NCBI GenBank assembly: GCA_963741445.1
Contig: CAVUIE010000001.1
Span: 510,566-574,565, forward strand
DNA from: an uncultured Chloroflexia bacterium
GTDB lineage: Bacteria > Chloroflexota > Limnocylindria > Limnocylindrales > CSP1-4
Direction of reading: 5' to 3'
DNA: 64,000 nt
The notes beneath the pieces are model-generated. The model was not told where the DNA came from and searched no databases. It was given only the letters and a program-made list of their open reading frames with translations. Every line of letters begins with the position of its first letter. Position 1 is the stretch's first letter. The translations under genes and the position numbers were made by a program. Positions 35,701-45,354 of the stretch are shown here, piece after piece.

Positions 35701-35927
35701 TGCGTGTAGGTGACGATGACCGTGACAGGCGGTCCATCCGCGGCGAAGACGGCGGGCGCCGGGCGAGGAGCGCCGTCGTCATGCCGGCGATCACCAGGCC
35801 GACAGCAGGACCTACCCGCTCTTCGGCGTGCGCTCGATCCGAACCATCCCTGTCCCTCCGTCGCGCTCTGCGGGTCAGCGTAGGCGGGTCCAGCCCGCCG
35901 AACAATAGGGTCGGCGCGGCGATGCAC
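32762..35927 (-). CDS. Secreted S8 subtilisin-family serine protease of about 1,050 aa. It has a cadherin-like domain, a (PT)n linker and five C-terminal copies of an uncharacterised two-Cys repeat of about 95 aa. It has several frameshifts.
   Basis: The catalytic triad contexts are VAVIDTGID (Asp), HGTHVAGI (His) and [11 protein letters not shown] (Ser). After the protease there is [13 protein letters not shown]...ANDTDPDGD, which is cadherin-like. The repeat reads NRLS..F.P.....V.ITLT.PLSD.GNIGV.C....ENHY....VG........CFVYSWK..TYRP.L.GAGTF. The PT linker is (PT)n. Confidence 0.75.
33408..33560. repeat. Imperfect hexanucleotide microsatellite (GGTGTC/GGCGTC)n that encodes the (PT)n linker of the protease.
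   Basis: About 25 tandem hexamer units are visible on the plus strand. The antisense frame produces the artefact ORF 33408..33638 (GVGVGV...). Confidence 0.8.
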
Positions 35928-36091
35928 CGCCCATGTCGGTCACCCCGATGGTCCTACGGCCACCTGGCATAAGCCGCAGATAAGCGCCGCCGAGGACACT
36001 GGCGGCCAGCGATCGAACGGACCGGGCACTCCGCGACTCGGGGTCCAGCGCTGCTGACGTCGCCGGCCGGACGGCCGGCGGGAGGTGCCCG

Positions 36092-36186
36092 ATGCGTGCC
36101 CGGATCATCCATGCCGCCGCGACCCTGGCCACGACCGTCCTCGCCGTGGGGATCGCCTTCGGGACCAAGTGGGGCACCGGCGGCTG
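36092..36186 (+). CDS. Candidate small hydrophobic protein of 31 aa.
   Basis: A GGAGGTG Shine-Dalgarno sequence lies 5 nt upstream of the ATG. The peptide MRARIIHAAATLATTVLAVGIAFGTKWGTGG sits in an otherwise empty 270-nt gap. Confidence 0.3.
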
Positions 36187-36203
36187 AACCCGGCCCGGCC
36201 CCG

Positions 36204-37020
36204 CTAGGTGCGCGTCCCGGCCACGCCCGCCGGATCCGACGTGAGGCGCGTCGCGAGGTAGACCGGGATGATCGAGAGGACCAGCACGAAGACCGCCGCG
36301 ACGTTCACGAGCGGCAGCTGGTTCGGGCGCTGGTAGTTGTTGAAGATCCAGATCGGCAGGGTCTGCGTGCCCGCGCTCGACGGTGAAGTTCGTGACGATG
36401 ATCTCGTCGAACGACAGCGCGAAGGCGAGCAGGGCGCCGGCGATCAGCGCCGTCCGGATGGCCGGGACCGGTCACCTTGCCGGAACGTCGTGAAGGTGTC
36501 CGCGCCGAGGTCGGCCGAGGCCTCCTCGAACGAGCGCGACGTCCGGCGCAGGCGGGCGATGACGTTGTTGTAGATGACGACGATGCAGAACGTCGCGTGG
36601 CCGATGATGATCGTCAGCATCCCGAGGTCGATGCCGATCGTCCGGAACGCCGTGTTCAGCGCCAGGCCGGTGACGATGCCCGGCAGCGCCAGCGGCAGGA
36701 TCACGACGAACGAGATCGTCTCGCGCCCGAAGAACTTGTAGCGCTGGACCGCGAGCGCGATCAGCGAACCGAGGATGAGCGCGGCGATCGTCGCGCCGAT
36801 CGCCGCCTGCGAGCGAGGTCAGGATCGCCTCGCGGATGCCGCGGTCCGAGAGCGCCTTCGCGTACCACTCGAGGGTGAACGAGGTGATCGGCCAGGTCGC
36901 CACCTTGGCGGCGTTGAACGAGTACAGGACGATGATCCCGATCGGGATGTAGATGAACGCGAGCAGCAGGCCGGTCGCGACCCGCAGGAGCGATCCGCGT
37001 GCCGCGCCCGTAGCCCATCA
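36204..37020 (-). CDS. potC: Polyamine ABC transporter permease (PotC or PotI-like), frameshifted.
   Basis: TM segments with an EAA-loop-like region ([16 protein letters not shown]) are seen in ORF 36444..36704 plus other frames. It is the last gene of the pot operon. Confidence 0.6.
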
Positions 37021-37923
37021 GAGGGCCTCGAACGCGCCGAGCCGGCGCGCGACGAGCAGGAAGACGAGCATGATCGTCACCGGCACCATCGCGTAGGCGG
37101 CCGCCAGCGGCTGGTTCCCGGCGACCCGCGAAGTCGTAGACGACGTTGCCGATGAACTTGGTGTTCGAGACCAGGGTCGGCGTGATGTAGTCGCCCAGGG
37201 TCAGGCTGAACGTGAAGATCGAGCCGGCGATCGACGGCCGGCAGCGCCAGCGGCAGGATGACCCGCCGGAACGTCATGCCGGCCCGTGCCGCCGAGGTCC
37301 GACGACGCCTCGAGCAGCGAGTTCGGGATCCGCTCCAGGCCGGCGAAGATCGGGATGATCATGTAGGGCAGCCAGAGGTAGCTCTCGACCAGCCAGACCG
37401 CGACGATCGCTGTAGCCCGGCCCCTTGAGGCCGAACGGCTCGAGGATCGAGTTGAGGACGCCGTTCTCGGCCAGGATCAGGCGCCAGGCGTAGACCTTGA
37501 CGAGATAGCCGGACCAGAGCGGCAGCAGGATCGAGACGGCCAGGATGCCCGCGGACGTCGCGGCGAGGCCACGCGCGCCATGTAGAAGGCGATCGGGAAG
37601 GCGAGGACGATCGTCGTCAGCGTGACGAGCGCGGCCATGACGACCGTCCGGATCGCGATCGTCCGGTAGATCTCGCTCGCCGAAGATCCGCTGGTAGTTC
37701 TCGAGCGTCAGCTCGGTGATCGACGTTGCCGCTGAACGAATCGACCGACCAGAACGACGAGATCAGGAACAGCGCGAGCGACCCGAGATAGGCGATGACG
37801 AGCCAGCCGATGGGCGCGGCGAGCAGCCCCGCCAGCTGGACCCGGGGATGGCGATAGAGCACCGCCGCCACCCGCCGCGCCGAGGGAGGCGGGCGGGGCG
37901 GCGGCGGTGTCGAGTGCGGTCAT
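37017..37923 (-). CDS. potB: Polyamine ABC transporter permease (PotB or PotH-like), frameshifted.
   Basis: The N-terminus reads MTALDTAAAPP then ...AAVLYRHPRVQLAGLLAAPIGWLVIAYLGSLALFLISSFWSVD. The EAA region lies in neighbouring frames. Confidence 0.6.
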
Positions 37924-37969
37924 GTCACGCCGCGTGGCGGCGCTGGCCGCGGTCGGTCAGCGTCGGCGG

Positions 37970-39236
37970 CTAGCCGCCGGTGATCTCCGTCCACGCCTTG
38001 GTCCACGCGTCGAAGTCCTTGCAGATCGGCCCGCGGCCGTCGAGGCACTCGGTCGTGGGCGTGTTCCAGTAGTAGATGTTCTTGAAGTACGCCTCGTCGT
38101 CGGCGTGGAACTGCTCGCAGTGGCCGGCGGTCTGCTTCTCGGCCTCGGCGCACGCCGGCGCGCTGACCGGCGCCTCGCCGAAGTAGACGGTCACGTCCGC
38201 GTTGGCCTTGGGCGAGATGATGTAGTCCATCCACTTGTACATGCAGTTCGGGTGCTTGGCCTTGGACGAGATCATCCAGGTGTCGGACCAGCCGGTGGCG
38301 CCTTCCTTGGGCGTGACGCTGGCGACCTGCTTGCCGCCGGCCGCGTTGATGGTGTTCTGCTGGTACAGCCAGGCGCGTGCCGATCGCCATGTCGCCGTTG
38401 GCGAACCCGTCGATCTCCTCCTGGGCGGTGCCCCAGTACTTGCCGATCAGGGCCTTCTGCTGCTTGAGCAGGTCGACCGCTGCCTCGAACTGCGCCTCGT
38501 CGAGCGCGTACGGGTTGGTGATCTTGAGGTCCGGCTTGGTCTTCATCAGGTACAGCGCCGCGTCGGCGATGTAGATCGCGTAGTTGTAGGCGGTGACCTT
38601 GCCCTTGTAGGGCGAGCTCGCGTCGAAGACGACGCTCCAGGAGTCGGGCGCGGTGGTGACGACCGTCGGGTCGTACATGAGGACGTTGGCGCCGCGACCG
38701 TGGGGCACGCCGTAGCTGACGCCGTTGACGGTGTTGTAGGACTGGTTCTTGAGGCCCTCGAAGACGTCCTTGTAGTTCGGGATCAGGCTCGAGGTTGACC
38801 CCGGCCACGTCGCCGCCGGCGATCAGCCGGAGGGTCGCGTCGCCCGAGGCCGAGACGCCGTCGTACTGGCCGGTCTTCATGAGCTGGACCATGTTGGCCG
38901 AGTCGACGCCGACCTTCGACGTTGACCTTGCAGCCGGTCGCCGTCTCGAACGGGGTGACCCAGTCGTAGCCCTGCACCTGCTCGCCGCCGGTCCCGCCGA
39001 CGACGTAGCCGGTCCAGGCCACGAGGTTGAGCGCGCCCTCGCCCTCGCCGACGGACGTCGGGCCGACCTGGCTCGGCGCGGCCGACGGGGCCTCGCTGGC
39101 GGCCGCGCTGGCCGCCGCGCTCGGCTGCGACGCTGGCCGCAGCGGACGGGGCCGTGCTGGCCGTCCCGCCGCTCGAACACGCCCCGACGACGACCGCCGC
39201 CACCGCGGCGAGCGCCAGGATCCTGTGCTTCCTCAT
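37970..39236 (-). CDS. potD: Polyamine (spermidine or putrescine) ABC transporter substrate-binding lipoprotein, frameshifted.
   Basis: The lipobox reads [12 protein letters not shown]. Type II PBP sequences ([30 protein letters not shown]) are spread over ORFs 38877.., 38272.., 37920.. and 37970... Confidence 0.65.
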
Positions 39237-39258
39237 CCCGTTGCTCCTCCTCCTCGCG

Positions 39259-40301
39259 TCACGCCCCGTCCGCGACGGGGAGTGCGTGCTGTCGCTTCCA
39301 GATCAGGCGGACAGCGTTGCCTTCCTGTGCGAGCGCCTCCATCGACGACGTGTCGAGGTTCTGGCGAAGGACGACGAGGCGGGCCCCGGCGTCGAGGTTG
39401 ACGATGTAGCGGGTGTCCGAGCCGAGGTAGACGACGTCGTGGATCCGGCCGTCGGCCGCGATCTCGTCGTCGCCGACCGCGGCGCCCGGCGTCGGCCAGC
39501 CGGATCTTCTCGGGCCGGATCGTGAAGGTGCCGGCCGTCCCGATGACGGCCTGGGCGACGTCGCCGGTGAGCAGGTTGGACGTCCCCACGAAGCCGGCGA
39601 CGAACCGCGTCGCCGGATGCTCGTAGACGTCGGCCGGCGCCCCGACCTGCTCGATCCGGCCGCGGTTGAACACCGCCAGCCGGTCGCTCATGGTCAGCGC
39701 CTCCTCCTGGTCGTGGGTCACGTAGATGAAGGTGATGCCGACCTGCTGCTGGATGGCCTTGAGCTCGATCTGCATCTCCTCGCGGAGCTTGAGGTCGAGC
39801 GCCCCGAGCGGCTCGTCGAGCAGGAGGACGCGCGGCCGGTTGATGAGCGCGCGCGCGAGCGCGACCCGCTGGCGCTGGCCGCCCGAGAGCTGGCTCGGCC
39901 TGCCGCCCCTCGTAGCCCTCGAGCCGGACCATCCGGAGCGCCTCGGTGACGCGGGCGGCGCGATCGGCCTTGGCGACCTTGCGGACCATCAGCCCGTACG
40001 CGACGTTGTCCCCGACGGTCATGTGCGGGAAGAGCGCGTAGTCCTGGAAGACCGTGTTCACGTCGCGGTCGAACGGCGGCACGGTGGTCACGTCGGTCCC
40101 GTGCAGGAGGACGCGGCCCGCGGTCGGCAGCTCGAACCCGGCGATCATCCGCAGCATCGTGGTCTTGCCCGAGCCGGACGGGCCGAGCATCGAGAAGAAC
40201 TCGCCGTCGCGGACGTCGAGGTCGATGCCGTCGACCGCCACGACATCGCCGTAGCGCTTCTCGACCCCCTCGAGTCGCACGGCGACGGGCGCCGTCGGCA
40301 T
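39259..40301 (-). CDS. potA: Polyamine ABC transporter ATP-binding protein, frameshifted.
   Basis: Walker A reads [10 protein letters not shown]. The Q-loop and signature region lies in an alternate frame. The H-loop reads [13 protein letters not shown]. The C-terminal TOBE-like domain lies in ORF 39233..39775. Confidence 0.75.
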
Positions 40302-40493
40302 CGCGCTGGGTCCCGGTTCCGGGACGGTGGTCGGGATGGCCAATCGGACCTCGACAGCTGGGGGCGGATCGCGCCGGATGCGGTCCTCGCCGGGTGCGGT
40401 TCGGGGCACTGTGCCGTCGCGCGGGCGGGGCTGTCAAGGGAACCGGCGGCACGTTCCGGGGACCGCGTCGGGCGCCCGCCGTAGACTCCGCGC

Positions 40494-41045
40494 GTGCCCC
40501 GTCCCTCGAGCCTCGTCCGCTCGCTCGTCCTGCTCGTGCCGCTGCTGCTGGCCGCCTGCGACCCGGAGCCGGTCGCGGTCACGCCGATCCCGGTCGGCGG
40601 CACGAACGACGCCCCGCGCGAGGTCAACCTCATCGCCAAGGACTACACGTTCGTGCCGCCGGTCCTGGACCTCGTCCCCGGCGAGACCGTGATGCTCCAC
40701 ATCGTCAACGGCGGGCTCGACGTCCACGAGGTCGTCATCGGCGACGGCGCGGTCCAGGACGCCTGGGAGGCCGCGGAGGCGGCGCTCGACGGGGCGCCGC
40801 CCGGTCCCACGCCCGTCGTGAGCGTCGCGCCCGACACTCGGCGGCGTGCGCGTGGTCGTCCCGTCCGGCCAGCGCGTCGACCTGCTCTGGGAGGTCCCGG
40901 CGGACGTCCCGACGACGTTGCCGCTCCCGAGCGCGAGCGCCACCCCGGACCCATCGGCCTGGACGGTCGAATGCCACATCCCCGGGCACCTCGCGAAGGG
41001 CATGTGGATCCCCATCCGGTGGGTCGTCAGACACGCCCTCGTGAG
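40494..41045 (+). CDS. Cupredoxin-domain lipoprotein (type-1 blue copper). It has a frameshift near 40850, and its 3' end is uncertain.
   Basis: The signal plus lipobox reads LVLLVPLLLAACDPEP. The cupredoxin core has DVHEVVIGDG and a copper site ECHIPGHLAKGMW in the ORF 40846.. frame. Confidence 0.55.
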
Positions 41046-41116
41046 GGGCGCCGGTGGTACGCTTCGTGCGTGCCGGCTGGGGTACGCCGAGCCGCCCCGC
41101 CTTCAGGAGGACCCGA

Positions 41117-41407
41117 ATGGCCTACGTGATCGCCGAGCCCTGCATCGACGTGCTCGACATCTCGTGCGTCTCCGTCTGTCCGGTCGACTGCATCCACTAC
41201 GACGAAGGCACCGATCGCAAGCTGTTCATCGACCCGAACGAGTGCATCGACTGCGGGGCCTGCGAGCCGGAGTGCCCGGTGAACGCGATCTTCCCCGAGG
41301 AGTCGCTGCCGTCCGAGTGGGCGAAGTTCACGACCATCGACGCCACCTGGTACACGGACAAGTCCGCCGCGCGCGCCGCGGTCGACGAGATCAAACCCTC
41401 GGGCTGA
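41117..41407 (+). CDS. fdxA: Ferredoxin (actinobacterial FdxA-type, 3Fe-4S plus 4Fe-4S).
   Basis: AYVIAEPCIDVLDISCVSVCPVDCIH...CIDCGACEPECPVNAIF is seen. An AGGAGG RBS lies 6 nt upstream. Confidence 0.85.
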   Translation: MAYVIAEPCIDVLDISCVSVCPVDCIHYDEGTDRKLFIDPNECIDCGACEPECPVNAIFPEESLPSEWAKFTTIDATWYTDKSAARAAVDEIKPSG

Positions 41408-41485
41408 TGGCCTCGCGGGGCTCGGCCTCAGGCCTCGGGGCGTGCGGGTCAGTACCCCGCTGAGGGTGCCAGTACCGAGGTCTGT

Positions 41486-42415
41486 ATGCGCATCGTCTCC
41501 CTCCTTCCGTCCGCCACCGAGATCGTCTGCGCCATCGGGCTCGGCGACGAGCTGGTCGGCGTGACCCATGAGTGCGACTGGCCGCCCGAGGTCATCGGCA
41601 AGCCGGTCATGACCCGCAGCGTCCACGACCTCACCGAGACGTCGTCGCGCGACATCCACCGGTTGGTCACCGACTCGATGCACGGCGGGTCCTCGCTGTA
41701 CGCCCTCGATGCCGAGGCGCTCGAGGCCGCCGAGCCCGACCTCATCCTCACCCAGGAGCTGTGCCGTGTCTGCGCGGTGAGCTATCGCGAGGTCAACGAG
41801 GTCGCCCGGGCGATCGACGCGGACATCACGGTGGTCTCGCTCGAGCCGAGCTCGATCGAGGGGATCTTCCACACGATCACGACCGTCGGCGCGATGGCCG
41901 AGGCCGAGGATCCCGCCATCGACCTCGTCGAGGCGCTGCGCGAGCGCCTCGGCGCCATCGAGGCGACCGTCGCGAAGCGACGCGAGGGCGGCCGGGCGGC
42001 GCCCCGCATCGTCAGCCTCGAATGGCTCGACCCGCCGTTCTCCGCCGGCCACTGGGTGCCGGAGCAGGTGCGACGTGCCGGCGGCTGGGACGTCCTGGGC
42101 CAGGATGGCGAGCGGTCGCAGGAGACGACCTGGGACGCGGTCGCCGAGATGGACCCCGAGACGCTGGTGCTGATGCCGTGCGGGTTCCACCTGGCGGAGA
42201 CCGTCGAGGAGTGGGCGCGCACGCCGCGGCCGGCCTGGTACGGCGAGCTGCCGGCGGTCCGTCGCGGGCAGGTCTTCGCGGTCGACGGGTCGGCCTACTT
42301 CAGCCGGCCGGGACCGCGGGTCATCGACGGCATCGAGCTGCTGGCCGAGATCCTCGACCCCGACGCGTTCGAGGAGATCGCGCCGATCGGGTCGTGGACC
42401 CCGGTCACGTCGTAG
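41486..42415 (+). CDS. Periplasmic-binding-protein-fold protein (BtuF or FecB-like class III SBP). It has no obvious signal peptide.
   Basis: MRIVSLLPSATEIVCAIGLGDELVGVTHECDWP is typical of the BtuF family N-terminus. The ORF is an intact 309 aa. Confidence 0.6.
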   Translation: MRIVSLLPSATEIVCAIGLGDELVGVTHECDWPPEVIGKPVMTRSVHDLTETSSRDIHRLVTDSMHGGSSLYALDAEALEAAEPDLILTQELCRVCAVSYREVNEVARAIDADITVVSLEPSSIEGIFHTITTVGAMAEAEDPAIDLVEALRERLGAIEATVAKRREGGRAAPRIVSLEWLDPPFSAGHWVPEQVRRAGGWDVLGQDGERSQETTWDAVAEMDPETLVLMPCGFHLAETVEEWARTPRPAWYGELPAVRRGQVFAVDGSAYFSRPGPRVIDGIELLAEILDPDAFEEIAPIGSWTPVTS

Positions 42416-42425
42416 CCCGGATCGC

Positions 42426-43401
42426 CATGCCGTTCCTCGGGTCGTTCAGCTGCCTCTGGTGCGGCGCGCCGCACACGTGTCGCGCGCCCGACGACCTCGA
42501 GGGCTGGGCGCAGCTGTGCTCGTCGTGCCTGGGCAAGGCGGGCGACAACACCTTCCTGCGCTTCCGGCTCCACCAGGCGATCACCGAGCGCGGCCGGGCA
42601 GTGGGCGGATCCAACGCCGAGGACGCGGCGCCCGCTGAGCACGCGGCGCCGGCAGAGCACGCGCCGCCGGCTGGGATCGCGACGACGGCCGCGTCGCCCG
42701 CCGGCGCCTCCGCGACGTCGCCGTCCGACCCGGAGGCCGCCCTGATCCCGTACTACGAGGCCCGCGCGGGCGAGTACGACGACTGGTATCTCCGCCGCGG
42801 CCGGTACGCGCGCGGCGCCGTCCACGATGCCGTCTGGAACACCGAGCTCGACATGGCTGGACGGTGGCTGGACGGCCTGCCCATCGGCGGCGAGATCGTC
42901 GAGCTCGCGGCCGGGACCGGGTGGTGGTCACCGCTGCTCGCCGCCAAGGGCCAGCTGTCGATCTACGACGCCGCGCCGGCCACGCTCGAGAAGGCGCGCG
43001 ACCGCCTCGTGGCGCATGGGCTGCGCGCGCACCTGCACGTGCGCGACGCGTGGGCCGAGCCGGACCGCCCGGTCGACGCGGTCTACACCGGGTTCTGGCT
43101 GAGCCACGTCCCGCGCGAGCGCCTGCCGGCCTTCCTCGCGCTGGTCCGCCGCTGGCTCAAGCCGGGCGGGCGGTTCGCGTTCATCGATTCGCTGCCCGAT
43201 CCGCAGTCGTCGGCGGCCGATCACCCGACGCCGGCGGACGACGTTTCGCTGCGCCGCCTGGCCGACGGCCGCGAGTTCACGATCGTCAAGGTCTACTACC
43301 GGCCGGACGAGCTCGCCGCCGCGCTTCGCGACGCTGGATTCGCGACGGCGGACGTCATCACATCGGGTCGCTTCTTCGTGCTCGGGACGGCCACCGCCTG
43401 A
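42426..43401 (+). CDS. Class I SAM-dependent methyltransferase with an N-terminal Cys4 zinc ribbon.
   Basis: The N-terminus reads CLWCGAPHTC...CSSCLGKAG. The SAM motif reads IVELAAGTGWWS, followed by a motif II-like FIDSL. Confidence 0.6.
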
Positions 43402-43416
43402 CCTATACTCCGGCCG

Positions 43417-44287
43417 ATGTCCCCCCTCTCCAAGGCCACGATCGCGACGGTCGGCTCCGGCGTCATGGCCGAGGCGATGATCGCGGGCATCCTCCGCGGC
43501 AAGCTGGTCGAGCCGGGCCAGGTCGTCGCGAGCCATCCGCGCCAGGAGCGCCGCGAGCATCTCGAGCGCGAGTTCGGGATCCGGACGGTCGCGGGCAACG
43601 CCGAGGCCGTGAAGGGCGCCGACGTCATCCTCCTCGGGATCAAGCCCCAGATGCTGGCCAAGGTCGGCCGCGAGATCGGGCCTGGCCTCCGCCGCGGTCA
43701 GCTCGTCCTGAGCGTCCTCGCCGGCGCGACCACCGACGGCGCTCACCGGGCTGCTCGGCCACGACCAGGTCGTGCGCAGCATGCCGAACACGCCGGCCCG
43801 CCTCGGCCGCGGCATGACCGTCTGGTACGCCACCCCGAAGACGACCGAGGCCCAGCGCGCCCAGGCGGCCGCCCTGCTCGGGTCGCTCGGCGCCCAGATC
43901 GAGGTCGACGACGAGAAGTTCGTCGCGATGGCGACCGCGGTCAGCGGCACCGGCCCCACCTACGTCTTCCTCGTCATGGAGGCGCTCATCGACGCTGCGG
44001 TCCACCTCGGCTTCCCGCGGCACGTCGCCCACGACCTCGTCATCGAGACCCTCGAGGGCTCGACGGTCTTCGCCAAGCAGTCGGGGATGCACCCGGCCGA
44101 GCTGCGCAACATGGTCACCTCGCCGGGCGGGACCTCCGCCGCGGCGCTCCACGAGCTCGAATCGGGCCGGCTTCGGACGGTCCTGTCGGAGGCCGTGTGG
44201 GCCGCCTACCGGCGCACGGTCGAGCTCGGCGAGCAGCTCGAGGCGTCTGTGGGATCCGAGGAGGCCGGGACGGACCGCACGACGTGA
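43417..44287 (+). CDS. proC: Pyrroline-5-carboxylate reductase, with a frameshift near 43740.
   Basis: The NADP-binding start reads IATVGSGVMAEAMIAG. The C-terminal dimerisation domain (SPGGTSAAALHELE) lies in ORF 43772..44287. Confidence 0.8.
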
Positions 44288-45354
44288 GCCTCGTCGGCAT
44301 CGCCCCCGCGATCGACCTGCGACGAGCGCCGCTGGCCGAGCTCCGGGCGGTGGACATGCGCGCGCCCGAGCGCGACTTCTGGGCGGACGAGGCGGCCCTG
44401 TGGGATCGGCTGGTCTCGACGTGGGCCGGCCTCGATGACGCGGCCTGGCGGATCCCCGGCGCCTCGACCTCCGATGCCGGCGGCCCGGACTGGTCCCTGG
44501 CCGAGCACGTCGGGCATCTCGCCGCCTGGCAGGGGCTCGCCGAGGTCTACACGCAGAACGCGATCGCGACGGGCCGCTGGCCGTCGGACGAGGAGCTTCG
44601 ACGGCGGCGACTTCGACAAGTTCAACGAGCGCCTCCGCGAGCCGTGGCGGTCGCTGTCGAGCGACGCGATCGTCGCCCGCTTCGCGGCGTCGCGTCGAGG
44701 CCTCCTCCGCCAGGCCAACCGCCTGACCGCGACCGCCATCCGCGGCGACAACGAGTGGGGCTGGGTCTACCTGGCCCTGCACGGCCACTATCTGGACCAC
44801 CTCACGGTCATCGAGACGTGGACAGGCGCGCTGCGCGCCCGGCAGGCCGACGGCGACCCGTTCGTCGCGGACCCGCGGACGCCCGACCTCGACACCTTCA
44901 TGGCACAGCGACGAGCTCGCCAACACGACCCTCGAGGCCTGCTCGGGTCGGTGCCGTTCGACCGCTGGGAGCACCGTCGAGGTCACGCCCGGCTGGACGA
45001 TCCGCGACCACGTCGCCCACCTGGCCGACTGGGCCGAGGAGGGCGCCCGGGCGATCCAGGTCTACCGCGACGAGCGGATCGCTGGCTCGCCGACCCGGAC
45101 GAGGGGTCGACGCCTGGAACGAGCGGATGGTCAGCCGGATCGCGATCGGTCGAGCCCGCGCCACGACCCTCGCCCGCTACGAGCAGGCGCGCGAGGCGAT
45201 GCACGACGCGGTCGCGACGCTGACCCTCGCCGAGCTGCGGTCGCCCGACGGCTGGAGCTGGGCCTACGATTGCACGTACGGACACGTCCGCAAGCACCTC
45301 GCGATGCTCGGACCGTGGTGCGCCGCGGCATCCTGGCCGGACCCGACGGCTTGA
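44284..45354 (+). CDS. Tandem DinB-family (DinB_2 or DUF664-like four-helix bundle) protein, frameshifted.
   Basis: The GTGA start overlaps the proC stop. HxxxH-type contexts occur twice (SLAEHVGHLAAWQG, IRDHVAHLADWAEEGA). Confidence 0.5.
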   Translation: MSLVGIAPAIDLRRAPLAELRAVDMRAPERDFWADEAALWDRLVSTWAGLDDAAWRIPGASTSDAGGPDWSLAEHVGHLAAWQGLAEVYTQNAIATGRWPSDEELRRRRLRQVQRAPPRAVAVAVERRDRRPLRGVASRPPPPGQPPDRDRHPRRQRVGLGLPGPARPLSGPPHGHRDVDRRAARPAGRRRPVRRGPADARPRHLHGTATSSPTRPSRPARVGAVRPLGAPSRSRPAGRSATTSPTWPTGPRRAPGRSRSTATSGSLARRPGRGVDAWNERMVSRIAIGRARATTLARYEQAREAMHDAVATLTLAELRSPDGWSWAYDCTYGHVRKHLAMLGPWCAAASWPDPTA

